Shown here in pieces: positions 23,010 through 36,352 of a stretch of 64,000 bases of DNA (position 1 is the stretch's first letter; every line of letters starts with the position of its first letter). The DNA lies in the NCBI GenBank assembly GCA_000182565.2, contig KQ257467.1. The stretch is one strand, 5' to 3'. Below the pieces are notes generated by a model. The model was not told where the DNA came from. It saw only the letters and a program-made list of their open reading frames with translations, and did no database searches. The translations under genes and the position numbers were made by a program. Origin of the DNA: Spizellomyces punctatus DAOM BR117. Lineage: Eukaryota.

Positions 23010-23400
23010 GCTTGGTTGCGTACCTTGGGCGTATATTAGGACGTTTTGTATACAAAGGAGGGTATTATCTTGTTGCTAAACTAGATATTTCGATAGATTT
23101 GTACATTTAGATGTTGTATACTAGTAGAGGCTGTCGGTATCGTTGTATTGGAGAATTGTGTTGTTATGGATGGGTTTATGGATAGGGTATATAGTACGGA
23201 TGGGATCTGGATGCCTTTTTTGTTTTTTTTTCAGATGAGATACAAAATAGAAAAAACTCGTTATCGGTCGTCCCAAGCAGGGATATGGACACTTCGACCA
23301 TTTGCATTCATATCTGTACGCTATGCCAGACAAGCCTCGCATTTCTCACAACAACAACAACAAGTTTCGTATGTAAAAAAAAAAAACCATCCCATCGTTA

Positions 23401-24483
23401 TCAACGGGACACGATATCCTCTCCATCTTTGCCAACACCAACTCCATCCTCTTCTACAAGCACTTTTTCTTTCATATCCCCCAAATCTGGGACGAATTCA
23501 TTCGTATAATTAGGTTTGAATCCCTCTTGCACCACACCCAAATGTTTCGCATAGTTGGTCACTTTAGCCCAATCCCGATGAACATTTTCACCCGTCTTTG
23601 AAAAGTAGACTGCACTCCTCTCGTACATGCTGTGATTGACAGGAGAATCCATGGCGGGTTTCATTTCCACAAATAGTTTCCAGGCTTCTTTTGGGTTGGC
23701 TAGGATAAAGTCCATTGCTGAGCGAACGGCACGCATGAACCCTCGCACCTTTTCAGGATGATTTTTAATAAAAGTGTCGTTGGCAATGTAGAGGACGGAA
23801 CAGAAGCAGCAGCAACCGAGTTCTGCTAGTTCGTCGATCCGGAGCATACCGACGTTGGAAGGGGGGAGGCCGAGGCTGGCGGAATGGTGTTCGAGTTGTA
23901 CTTGTTGAATGTTTTCGAGGCCGATTCCTCCATCGATTTGGGAGTTGATGAGGGCGGATGTGACGTTCATTCCTACTCGAACAGCTATGGATTTTTGTGG
24001 TTTAGATATTTTTCTAAATGGGAGACAATGTTCAACCCCATTAAATTTTCCAAAATGTATATACCAACCAGTATAGTCTTGTTCACTCATTCCAAACCTC
24101 CTCATCAGTTCATCCACAATAACTTTCCCAAATTCACCAACATACCCAATCTTTTTTCCTTTCAAACTAGCGATATCCTCGCTAATCCGTCCCTGATGCT
24201 TCAAATAGACAATACCCGTAAAAGGCTCATCCAAGAGCGTACCCACACTAGTGACGCCGTATCCACGGGCTTTGGCGGCAATGGTATGAATCATGGCTTT
24301 ACAGCCCATATCAATCTTGCCGGACCCAATGAGTTCAGTGACATCGGAGGGGTCAGATGGTTCGAGGATGGCGAGTGTGAGGTTTTCGCGGGTGAAGAAA
24401 CCGAGTTTTTGGGCGAGGTAGATGGGGATGTGGTAAGGAGTGGGTGCCCAGTTGAGGAGGAAGGTGGTTTTTTGGGTGGACAT
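23401..24483 (-). CDS. THI5: HMP-phosphate synthase for thiamine pyrimidine synthesis (THI5/NMT1)
   Basis: FLLNWAPTPYHIP, KAMIHT (PLP Lys, substrate His), GYVGEFG and the GCCCFCS motif. Contains an 84-nt in-frame intron at 23985-24068. Confidence 0.95.
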   Translation of the reverse strand: MSTQKTTFLLNWAPTPYHIPIYLAQKLGFFTRENLTLAILEPSDPSDVTELIGSGKIDMGCKAMIHTIAAKARGYGVTSVGTLLDEPFTGIVYLKHQGRISEDIASLKGKKIGYVGEFGKVIVDELMRRFGMSEQDYTGWYIHFGKFNGVEHCLPFRKISKPQKSIAVRVGMNVTSALINSQIDGGIGLENIQQVQLEHHSASLGLPPSNVGMLRIDELAELGCCCFCSVLYIANDTFIKNHPEKVRGFMRAVRSAMDFILANPKEAWKLFVEMKPAMDSPVNHSMYERSAVYFSKTGENVHRDWAKVTNYAKHLGVVQEGFKPNYTNEFVPDLGDMKEKVLVEEDGVGVGKDGEDIVSR

Positions 24484-25552
24484 TTTGTTCTGTTTTTGTT
24501 TTTGGTTGGGTTTTTTTACGGTTTGGGGTTTTGTGTGGAGGGGTGAGAGCTCAACTGCCCTTATTTTTATAGTAGACCCAAAACCTGCACACTAGGAACC
24601 TTTCTCCATTACGCCCATCCAAACCCCCCGGCATCTTATCAACCTTCCGCCTACATTTAGATGTGGGGGCTCAACTCCATCCCCCCATGCCCATCCCCCC
24701 ATCTTTGGTATTTCATGGATGGGCGTTCACCCATTAAACCAAGTTTTTTTTTTTGAAAAAATGGTTTACGAGGTTCTTTGGGCGGGGCGGGGCGCTGACT
24801 TTGCGATTCCCCTTACCCAATAAAAAAGGGTACTTTTGTCATGTCGCGCGTTTCTTTGGTCGTTTTGTTGGGTCGTGTGTGCAGGAGTAAGTGTGTCCTT
24901 GAAAGTGTTTTGTTTGCGGGCGTTTCTTTTTGATGATGGGCGTTTTTGAACAGGGTTGGGCGTTCTCGTCTTTAAGCAAATGGGCGTCCTTTGGGGCGTA
25001 GCTCCTTTATTTTGTTGAACACGCGCGGTTGGATGTGAAGTGTTTGCGGTTTTGTCGTCGTTTTTGTCGTCCGTCGTCGGCGTTTGTGGGGGGGCGTTCA
25101 TGACGACGAATTCAAAAAAGATCTTGATGGTTTTTCTTTTAAAAGTGTGTTGGTTCACAAAGGCCAGTCGAGCATTTATCCACCGATTGACAACCCGATA
25201 AACTTGCTCGATTTCGCGACATTGGGTGAACTGGTAATTCATATCAGCTTTAGGTCTGTGAGGGTACCAAGCCCTTTGTAGATGCCCTTGAGGCTTCAAA
25301 AGGCAGCGATGCACTGTTGCGATGCAGGGCAGGGCGTATGTGAGTGGGCAGATGTGTCGACAGTGTGCTCAGCACAACGATTCATGGCATACAGACTAAA
25401 TTGCTACACAAGATGTAAGTCATGTCAATGTATTTCAATATCGGATATGCACAAGGGTATATGGACAAAAAAATGCAGTGTTTCTAATCCGTAATAGAAA
25501 CCTCCCCTCCCCCATCGCAAAAAAAATATATAAATATTCCACTGCCAATGTT

Positions 25553-28500
25553 TTACCACTCCAACTCTTTCTTTCCACATCCTGTCGCACATCCCGAATT
25601 CACAATTTCAATTCCACCGTCCGCCTTCACGTCATCCCCTTCTCGAATCATCCATAATCCTGTTCCAAGCTCTGCATCGAGAGTCTCTACAGAGGGTAAG
25701 AGCAACCACACGCCCTTGTCGTCTGCCTTGACAGAAAAGGTGCGAACCGAGTAGTCTTCACCCGAGAGACATGAGCCGTCAACGAGAGAAAAGTTTTTCT
25801 TGTGATTTGGGCAGGAGATTTTTGGGATGGACTTTTGGGTGCCGGTTAGGGATCCAGATAGGACAAAGGCACGCTTGTGTGGACACATCTAAGAAGCAAA
25901 AAGTGTTTTTACAATGTGAGCTTGATTTGAAGCCATTTTAACATTTATAGGGAAACCACCTACGTTTTGAGTAGCAAACCACTTTGTCTCGCCATCGATT
26001 TCCATCCTAAAGACGGCCAATTGGGTCTGCCCGTATTTGACGGTCGCACCGCCTTCTTCAGGAAAGTCTGTCACCGAACCCACACGGATCCACTCCTCTT
26101 CTTTACTAACGGTCGGCTGGGCTGGCTTGGTGAAAACCGGAAGAGGTAACTTTTCAACCTTTTTGGGCCAATTGGCCGGTCGTCGTTGTCCTCGCTCAGT
26201 TATGGTGTCAATGACAACTTCGTTTTCGGGCGTGTTGACGAATTGAGCAAATTCCGCTCGGCGAACAGGATCCTCGACGACTGTTTTCCATTCACTTTTT
26301 AAAAAATTAATCAGTTTCGGGCCTTTTGGAACCAAAATTCCTAGACTTGCCCGATACTCACCATTGATACGTATCAACCAAGTACTGCATCTGCATCTCC
26401 AATTCCTCCCCAATGCCCAAACGATCATCCACGACCACACTCCTCAGATAATCAATACCTCCTTCCAGCTTCTCCAACCACCTTGCAGTCCGCTGCAACC
26501 GATCCGCGGTAGTTATATAAAACATCAAGAAGCGGTCCAGATATTTGATCACCATCTCCTCGCTAACATCGCCGGCGAGGAGGACAGCATGTTTGGGACT
26601 CGACCCGCCGTTTCCGCACACGTAGAGGTTGTACCCCTTGTCAGTGGCAATCAGACCAAAATCTTTCGATTGCGCTTCAGCGCATTCGCGAATGCAGCCT
26701 GATACACCGCCCTTGAGTTTGTGTGGTGATCGGATTCCCTTGTATCTGTTTTCGACGCGAACGGCGAGACCCACAGAGTCGCCTATTCCATATCGACACC
26801 ACGTGCTTCCGACGCAACTCTTGACCGTTCGGAGAGCTTTGCCATATGCATGGCCGGATTCAAACCCAGCCTTGACTAGCTCTTCCCAGATGGAGGGCAG
26901 GAGATGTTTGGGTGCGCCAAAAAGATCGATACGCTGCCCTCCAGTGATCTTGGTGTAGAGACCGTATTTGGATGCGACAGCGCCAATGACAGAGAGTTTG
27001 TCTGGTGTAATTTCTCCTCCTGGGATTCGGGGGACAACAGAGTAAGATCCACCGCGCTGGATGTTGGCGAGGTATCGATCATTTGTGTCCTGGAGGGGAG
27101 CATGCGGCTTGACGAGGATATGGTCGTTCCAGAGCGAGGCAAAGATGGATGCAAACGTGGGTTTGCAAATCTCACAACCATTCCCACCAGTTCCACAGGA
27201 CCGCATAGCTTCTTTGAATGTTCTAATCTTTCTGACCTTTACAATGTCAAACAACTCTCGTCGTGAATACTTGAAATGCTCACACAAAAACACTTCAACA
27301 ACTTTTCCGCTCTTTTTCATTTCAGCGTTGAAAATGTCTGTGACGAGGGGGAGACATCCTCCACACCCGGTACCCGCCTTGGTGCAGGTCTTGACGTCCG
27401 CAATAGAGCAACACCCCTTCTTCGAGACGGCATCAGCAATATCCTTTTTCAAAACGTTATTGCAGGAGCAGACTTGGGCATCGTCGGGAAGGTCATCGTT
27501 GGATTCGTCAGCCTTTTTGCCAAGGATCAGTTCACCAGGAGGTGATGGGAGGACTTTTCCCGATTTGGAGAACGAGAGGAAGCGGGTGTAATCCGACGTA
27601 TCACCTACGAGGATACCACCGAGAAGTTTTGTGCCGTCCTTGGTAAACAACAGGCGTTTGTAAATTCCGGCAAATGGATCCCGGTAAACGAGAGGAGAAC
27701 AAATTTCGGGGTCGGCAAAGTAATCGCCAAAACTTGCTACATGGACGCCTAAAAGTTTGAGTTTGGTAGACATGTCCGCTCCGGTGAACGTGCGTTGAGG
27801 TCCATTGACGAGATTGATGGCGACCGTTTCGGCCATTTCGTATCCTGGTGCGACAAGTCCGTAGACCATTCCGCCGTGCACAACGCATTCCTAAAAGCAA
27901 TAAGACAACATTAGTCATTTTACACCATCTCGAAATTGTACCGATTGAAAGCAGATACTCACGCCAATAGCCCAAACCCCTTCTGCGCTGGTCTTTAATT
28001 CATCATCTACAAGGACACCTCCTCTCGGATGTGTCAGAATCCCGCTCGCTTTTGCCAACTCATCTCTTGGCTTAATGCCAGCCGCAACCACCACGACATC
28101 GGCATCGACTCTCTCCTCATCATCGACAATCACCTGCGTGACACTGTCCAGCTCTTGACCATTGACATCTTGTCCGACAAATCGTCGAATATTGGCATTC
28201 ACACGGCACATGACGCCGATCTTGCTCATTTCATTTTGCAACAGTTGGGCACCTTCCATATCCAATTGCCTGTTCAATAGGCACGGGTTCCGTTCGATGA
28301 CGGTTGTTTTTAGACCAAGATCCACACATGCCTTGGCGGCTTCAAGTCCCAACAGCCCTCCTCCAATCACCACTCCCGCCTTTTTGTCTTTGGCGGATGC
28401 AACAATGAGTTCCAAATCCTTGACTGTTCGATAGACATGGACGCCTTTTAGCTCTTTTCCGATAATTGGCGGCATGAAGGCTTCTGATCCCGTTGCCAAG

Positions 28501-28902
28501 ATGCAGTGATCGTAGGGTACGCTCATCCCGTTTTCGCCCGTCACAATCTTGGCCGTGGTGTCAATGTGAGTGGCTTTGGACATGATGATGGTAATGTTTT
28601 GAGCAGTGTACCACTCGGGATGTTGGATAATGAGCGTTTTCACCGCCCGATGCGTAAACCATGATGTGAGGTTGACTAGAAAGAAAGTAAGTTTTCCATC
28701 TCGCCCAATCATAAAGGAGAGAAAGCTTACCCCGATTGTACGCAACCACATCTTCTTCACAAAATATATGGAGCTCAAACCGCCTGTCCACATCCAATTC
28801 AATCAGCTTTTCGCAGAATCGGAGTCCAACCATGCCCAAGCCACAAACGACGACGCGTTCGCGGACGGGATAGGAAGCGTACTCGGCAACCGACGGTGGC
28901 AT
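25553..28902 (-). CDS. niiA: Assimilatory NAD(P)H nitrite reductase (siroheme; NirB-like plus C-terminal Rieske/NirD domain), multi-exon
   Basis: GLGMVG and GGGLLGLEAA nucleotide motifs; MSTKLKLLGV; BFD-like CSCNNV/GCGGC; siroheme/4Fe-4S KSCVGSTWC and GCIRECAE; Rieske CPHK...CPNHK. Confidence 0.95.
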
Positions 28903-29020
28903 TTTGGAAAGAGCAGATTTCCAACAATGGCTGTTCTTGACCAGTAAAGAATTAAAAGAAAAAGACGTGTGGAAAATGCAATGGAACTGTCGCTGGTGGG
29001 GGACAAAAGATCAATCTGCA

Positions 29021-29254
29021 CTTTATATATGCGTCGTATATGCATGTATCCCCCTTCCATTTCCCCATATCTTATCTTACAAGACAAAACACAGCAACCA
29101 TTCAAAGCATCTTATCTGCCATCGTAAAACCCGCTGATAAAAAACGCTCCCAACCCCGCCATCCTCGCTGTCTCCCAGAGATAACGTCTCCCTCTCGAGA
29201 TAACTAGAAGATAAACAAGACTTATCTGTCACGTGGCTTTGGAACATTCACGTG
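29021..29254 (-). promoter_or_regulatory. Nitrite reductase promoter: TATA-like box, seven GATAA/TTATC sites and two CACGTG boxes
   Basis: GATAA/TTATC at 29072, 29112, 29136, 29180, 29199, 29210 and 29222; CACGTG at 29230 and 29249; ATATATAAAG on the minus strand at 29021-29030. Confidence 0.75.
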
Positions 29255-29419
29255 CTGTCACGAGGCTCTCATCTACTGTACTCGGGATGCTTGCACAGAT
29301 GGATACTATCAACCCTTTTACAAAAGACTATTCACAAATAATTGTCCCTTCTCCCTCACTCTCCATAAAAAGAATAAAAAAGAAATATACACATCAAAAT
29401 CAAACCAACTAACAAAGCA

Positions 29420-32400
29420 TCACACTGAATCCTTGAACCCAAACAAGGCTCTCAGATCATTCAACCTCCGCTGCTGCATCTCCTCCTTGTCCTTTGCACT
29501 CGTACCCTTGCGCCGTCCCTTCTTTCCAGCCTCAACAACACCTTCCTCCCCAATCGTCCGCTCTCGGAACGCGGTAGCCACCAGTTCCCGTTTCTTTCGT
29601 TTGAGCGCTTCAATGACTTCCTCAATCGTGCCTTCCACCACAAATCGAATCACGTGTACTTCACGGGTTTGTCCCATGCGGTGGACACGGTCTTGGGCTT
29701 GGTCTTCGACTGCGGGGTTCCAGTACGGTTCCAGAATGTACACACGAGAGGCTGATGTGAGATTGAGGCCTACTCCGCCTGCTTTGAGAGAGACGAGCAT
29801 GACGGTCACAGAGGGATCCGTCTTGAAGCTTTCCATCGCGTCTGTCCGGTCCTGCCGCGACATTTTCCCATCCAGTCGAACAAACCCAAATCCATACGTT
29901 CGCAGTGAGGGCTCCAAAAGGTCGAGCATGTTGGTCCATTGGGAAAATACAACGGCTTTGATAGGTGCTTCTCCCCTTTGAGTATACTCTGACCGTACTT
30001 GGATCAAATCACTCAACAGTGTGCGGACTTTGGTACTCATGCCTGGCGGAGAGCTCTCTCCAGGGGCATTGTGATGGGCTGCTGCAACAGCTGCTGCAAA
30101 GGCGTCATCGATCCCTTGTGCCTGTATAAGCTAGTCAGATATGGTTTACATGTTTTACAGAAAAAGAATACAAACTCACCGCGTCAATATCCTTGATTTC
30201 TTTCAAATCCGCTTTTCCTAATCGAGATTGGCACATGGGACACGCCATCCCTTCTTTTCCTTCCCCAAGAACGGCACGCACACATTCATTACAAAACCTA
30301 GCCAACCGGACATTAGACTCCATCTTGACAAGTAACCCTAGTCTGAACAACTTACATGTGCCCACACCGCGATACGACAACCGTCCTTTCACCACCACCG
30401 TCAACCGACAGGGAACACACACAGCACTTGTCATCACCCGCGTCTCGAAGGAGTGACAATAGATGCGCCGCCCTTTCGGATGTTAGGACAGGCATATCCT
30501 CGCCTTTTTCCATTTCTCCAATCGTCTCGCCTGGTCAAGCGACTAAGGCTTGAGCATTCCATTCAAAAGGTCACACAAATACAATTCAAGAACCTACCAA
30601 CGTCCCCTTGATCGCGGTACAAGGCTGGATGCGTCACAACTTGTCTCAGCCGCAGCAAAAGCTCCAAGAGTGTAGCGTAATGCTTAAACACCCGACCTGA
30701 ATCGTCCAATTCCTGAAAAACGTTACGCGCCCGCTCATAGACCCGGTCATAGAGTGCTTGTTCGGATGCGTCAAGGGTGAGTTTGAAGACGGAAATGTTC
30801 TTTGGTGGGAGAGACAAAATAGGTTTGCCATCAATCATTTGATGTTTGGTTCGACGAAGAGTGATGAGTTTCATGACCGTCTTGTAGACAGAGATGGATC
30901 ATGTGTGCGTGAGATAGTGCGGCATGTAGTACTCTACGATCGTGGCGGGACCTCACCTGTAACCGCGAGACAGCAACCTCGGATCGATTTTTCAGAGGCT
31001 TCATGATGAAATGACTAAAGTCCCTCCAATGGTTGAACGGCTCCAATCCCAAGAATCTCAACAAGCTAAACAAGTCTACACAAGAGATAGTATAAGGGTC
31101 TGCATCTAACCAGAGGACGGTTTGAGCATTACACGTACCGTCGATCTTATTATGAATCGGTGTTCCCCTGCAACACAATAAAAGCAAGGATATCAGCAAA
31201 TGGACGCCCGAGTACAATCATAGCATCAAGACACTCACGTCAGGCACCAACGTCTTTCAGCTCTCAGGGCACATGCAGCCTTCGCTTGATGCGTACTCCG
31301 TTCTTTGATCACATGAGCCTCATCCTGACAAAGGATTGTACAATGAGTAGAACGTCTCACTTGATCGAATGCATCCCTCCACGCACCAAGACAATACGTA
31401 ACCAATAAACAGACTGCAAGGGAGACTGCGGAGACTGGGGAGCAGACGAATCGACTTGCTTTGATCGAGCTTTCTGGTTCTATGTACAAATACATCGAAA
31501 TTTAACACTGCTGCGGCGCTAAAGTGCCAGGATAACTTTTGGTCAACAAACCTTTCCGTACTCCAGTGACAGCACATTATACGTAGTGAGAACCACGTCC
31601 TAATAGACACGAACCAAAGAATTAGCGCCAAATTCACGAATCCTCACCCATAATACGCAAGGAGATCATACATAATTGGCCAACACCGTAGGATCTTGGC
31701 ACCGATTTGGACCGTGATATACGTAGATTTTAACAGCACCTTCCTTCACATGGGATCCAAACTGCTCTTCCCAGTTCGCTACAGTACTCAAAGGGCAGAC
31801 GATCAATGTTGCACGAGATGGAATTTCTCCTCCTACGGGTGGTGGGGATGGGGGTGGGACTTGACGGCCAGGGAGGAATGGGTACGGGTCGGGTGTGCGC
31901 TGATTTCGATGTTGGAGTTGCTCGTAGCGAACAGGTTGAGATGGTTGATTTATAAGTATTAGGGAAATCAGTTCGATTGTTTTGCCGAGTCCCATGTCAT
32001 CTGTGTTTTTTTTTTAAAACGGACTCAGATACCGATGACCAACATTAACATGACGAAATTTCACTGCATACCTGCTAATATACCGCCCAATGCTTGAGCC
32101 GGCTCCACGTGCACAGCGTCACCCGTAACTGTATTCCGATATTTCCCGTTTTCATAGGCCCACAACGACCGTGATCGCTGAGACAAGTCCCGAAAGTCGA
32201 CACGGCGCTCACGCTCAAGCATAAAGTGAAGAGCTTGCTTCTGATGCTTGTATAACGGAGTCAATAATCGTTTATCGGGTTCAGCCTCGGGGAGATCCTC
32301 GGCTGCCGTAAGGGACATGTAAACGGCATCAATTTGACTTTTGACGTCGTCATTTGTGGCTTGCGCTACTCGTTCGGGTCGGTACAAGGCACAAGGGAGA

Positions 32401-34130
32401 CCCAGTGGGGGTCCCATTGCACTTGACGCAGCTCTCTGCGGATTGAAATATCGGACTTTGAGCTGACAGGTTTTGCTAACCTCTTCCAGCTGAATATTGA
32501 GTCGGGAGAGAATCGCGCCTATTGCTGCTGCAAGCTGGATGGGACCAATGACGAACAATTTGAGCGGTGCTGTGTATTTCTGGGATTGAGAGAAAAACAA
32601 CCATGTGAATTTTACGTGACTGCCTACATTTGTTTCCAATTACTTACGTTATGCTGATACCGCGGAATGTTTGCCTCCAATATCAAGCTTCGGTAAAACG
32701 GGGCAAGGGCCAAACTGACGTCCTCCTTTAGTTTCCCTAGCTATCATTCAATAGAGAGATAAGAAAACAATCTGGATAGAAACTAATTGAATCCTCGACG
32801 TACCCTCTGTCCATCCAGCGTGAGCACATGAAACGGCAGAGCATGTTTCGTATACGATCCAGTCGTCTCTGGAACAATTCGCACTCGTAGGCACTTTTCT
32901 GTTCCGCTGCACTGTCTGTATACGTCATAGTTGAGAGGCTGAACCAGGCTACTAATAATCCCATAGCACACCATCTCGGGACTCGACAGTGAGGATTTGG
33001 GTTCACTAGCAGCTCGTCGTTTCAGTTTGGCTTCCTCCGAGGCATCAATATCTGTTAAATCGACCACTTCGTAAGGGGCAGGTGATGTGTCATCTATTAC
33101 ATGGACTTCGGATTTCGGATGTTGGAGGGGAGAAGAGTGCTGGGAGTATTGGCGAGGTGGGGACATGATGGAAGATGTAAATGGCGTTGAAAGCGGCGGT
33201 GGGAGATGGGACGGACGTGGAGGTGGCAAGTAATAGGGATGCGTTGGATGTGAATATTTGCTGAATGGACCGCTGCTGACGGGTTGTGGTGTGTGGTACG
33301 GATTTCCTGGTCCGAAACAATTCATGGGTGGAGCAGAACGCCCAAATTCGCTCTGATAGTCGACGCGGCGCCGTGGAGAGTAGCAGTTGATAGATTCTGC
33401 CTTGCGCTTTTGTGGGAGTGGCGAATCTACAAGGAAAATATCATCAACTTGTTTCTCTATTAGAGTATTACTGAGCGGACATACCATCAACAAAGACTAC
33501 ATCAGATGAATTCCCATCAACTTCATCGCTGGGAAGATCAGTCAAATCGATCGTTTCTCGTTTGGTAGTTGCACGCCGCGGACTATTCTCTGCATTATAG
33601 GGACCCACCCCAGGGTCCAAAGGGCCCGGTCTCTGTGACTCTGACCAATCCCATAATCTCTTTAACGCATCCCCGCCAGGATCAATTGCAACTTCTCTCC
33701 CTCCTGTAGACTTTTCCGACCCATCAGTCCCTTCGCTCGCTTGTCTCGAATTCATCATCGATTGAGCAGAAGAAGTACTCCACTTGTCCCTTTCCCCTCC
33801 ATTCCAGTGTCCAAAAGAACCAGGTCGGTCGTCCATAAAAGTCGTCAACCGGCCGTCCGCAGACGGAGCCGAAGAACAAGCCCCATTGGATCTGTAGTCA
33901 TACGACCAGCTATTCGAATCAGGCCACCGGGTCGGGCTTGTACTACAAGTTCCGTTTCTATCATCTTCAAATGGGCCACGATAGTCGGAATAGCTACCGT
34001 TGGATAACCCGGGGTGAGGTTCAACTGGCTGGAGCCGCTCACCAAAGGTTGTGTTCCGGTCATCCGCCCAGTTATCGACGGGTGAAGAAGACTGCGTCTC
34101 TGTTTGTGCAATAGGCGGGTTTGTGCTCAT
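29420..34130 (-). CDS. SNF2-family helicase/E3 ligase of the Rad5/HLTF/Rad16 group (disordered N-terminus, probable HIRAN, RING, HELICc), many introns
   Basis: LYKHQKQAL, GGILA-DDMGLGKT, TLIVCPLS, DEAH, GTPIHN, RING (CAVC...CGH...CPMC), SLKAGGVGLNL and QAQDRVHRMGQ. Confidence 0.9.
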
Positions 34131-34932
34131 GGGAAAAAGGCTGGGAATGTAATTCGAATTGCAAATGTTTGGTGCAAAGTCAAAGTAGTTACGCAACGTC
34201 GGCTAAATCCCTCGTACTTGGAAGATGCCGTCCTATTCCGTCATATGTTCTTGCGTAGAAGCAGTATTAACGTCCAGAAAGAAATGCAGTTGCCTCCAAT
34301 GGGCAGTGTCAGCGTCAAATCGTTCAAAAAACGAGCGCAATGGCTCCGCTGTAACCCCGACCTCAGCCGATATCGCCCTTTCGCAATGTGCGCGTTCAAA
34401 AGGGCTTACTATCCTCATTGCCATGTGATCAACTGAGCCACCCACGTGAATTAGTCAGCGATCGGACTTTTGTTTTTTGTTTATCTTTTTTTTTCAATGG
34501 ATGTTGGACGGATATTGTCATGCAAAACTGCGCAACGGGAAAATGGTTGTGTCCAAGGGTCATACAAAGAGATGATGCAGTCATGGACTATGATTGTGAC
34601 TTTGCGTCAAAGAAATCCAACTGATAACGCCTGACAGAGAGGTCACATATTCGGCAAATGCAAGCAATCTCAACGATAACTATTGTTGAGGTATCAGAAG
34701 AAAACCCAATTACTACTCTAATATCGCCATTAATCCGACTATCACTACCACTATTACCACTTAATGAACAATTTACAACTTAATCTTAAAACGTTACATC
34801 AAAAAACTACATACACATGGCAACTGCAACGAATTACAGTCTGCCGAAAAAGGAAAAACAACATTTCTTTTCGTCATATGAGATCAAGGCTATCAGTCGA
34901 TTAGAATAAAGTACTTGGCGTATTCGATTTTC

Positions 34933-36352
34933 TTAGTTATATTGGTACAAGCCCAATGCATTTCTTGCTGATGACATAAAACGCTTGTCAAGGAAGATAA
35001 ATAGGAATGGGTTTACGGCCTAATACAGAGATGACGGTGAGTTTGACAAACGACACAACTTGAAATGCATAGAGGTGTGACACATACTGAGTTGGTGTAC
35101 GCCATGATGGCTCCCATTCCAGTAAGATTCGCCGGGGATGGCTTGCTGGTAAACGTTTCATAGGCCACCACTCCCAACACCCAAAATCCCCACGACACAG
35201 AAAAGAAAGCCACAAGAGTGACAAACTTGAAGACCACCGCTCGCTCCTCTTGCTGTTCTTGTTCCATCAACTGCCCTCTTTCCCTTCTTCTTCGTATTCT
35301 TTCTGATCGATCTGTTTGACTGCTACGCCCAACACCCATTTCGAGAACATCTGATACAGCGCTGTCCTCTTTTGATCGCTGTACGCCTAATTCGGCTGGA
35401 AATGTCGCGCTCCATTGAGAGGAAAGGGATGACCCAGTTGTTGCGGAGCCCAATGACCGGACGGTGAGCCGTGCAATGCGGGCACGCACTCGTCGGAATT
35501 TACGGTATATTGTGCCATAGCAAAGGGCCATCACCGTCAGGAAGAACACGTAGCAGGTGAGGGTAAAATAGGCGACACTTTTCATCAGGGGTGTTTGTAT
35601 GAACCATGGAGCGTCGCAGTATGTGTGGGTAGCTGCAATGATTGCGCCGCCGGCTGGGCGAGAGGCCAACATGAGCCATGTGGAGAATGCTATAAAAATA
35701 GACAGTGTCATGACAAAGAGCACATATCTCATCTGGCCAAAAACTCAGGTACGTACAGATTGCGACCGACCAAACCAAGACGATGATGTACATGATGACG
35801 GATGACGGGCTTGGCCTCCTAAAATGTTTGGCAAGAGCGTCAGTGACGCCGTTCGTGCAAGGCGAGCCACAGCGGATAAAGACACTAGATGACTTACTCA
35901 TGCACAATATGGAGCCATCGGTCGACCGAAATCCACATTAGGGTTTGCATAGATACCGCAATTCCCAAAGCAGCAAGGAACAAGACAATTTGACACCCAG
36001 CTGGTCCGGTTGCGAATCCGCCGGCGATACCATTCCACAATTCTGTAAATCCTGCTGACCCGCCCCACAAGAAATCCGCTACCGCGAGGTTCAGGATCTT
36101 TGCAAAAATGCAATGTCAGTACTCTCAATAATTGCTTTAACAAAACAACAAAGGTTATACCAAAAAGGTTCTCGCTTCTCTTAGCCCGCGGTCAGTGGCA
36201 AACAGATAGAAGATGAAGCTATTTCCGCATACATTCACGATGTTTACTGCGAGCGAAGTAAAGTTTATCGCTTTTTCACCGGGACTGTGGGGAATCCAAC
36301 TACCGTTTGAGAAATCTTCCAAAGGCGGCCCGCCTTGGGAGGAGATGACCAT
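34933..36352 (-). CDS. Rhodopsin-like (class A) G-protein-coupled receptor, no retinal-binding Lys
   Basis: Spliced product shows TM1 GN, TM2 NLAVADF, TM3 GCQ...SVDRW, TM4 W, ECL2 Cys (THTYC), TM6 FFSVSW, TM7 AYTNSAVNPFLF and helix 8 DKRF. Confidence 0.85.

Noticed and set aside
23884-24546. Long antisense ORFs (also 39256-39915, 29433-29981, 27061-27591)
   Set aside because: They are shadows of well-supported genes on the opposite strand.
24484-25550. TPP riboswitch or coding gene upstream of THI5
   Set aside because: No CTGAGA core or aptamer stems seen; the ORFs here (24766-25314, 25084-25281) have no recognisable motifs.
34933-36352. Light-sensing opsin
   Set aside because: The TM7 position equivalent to rhodopsin K296 is Tyr.
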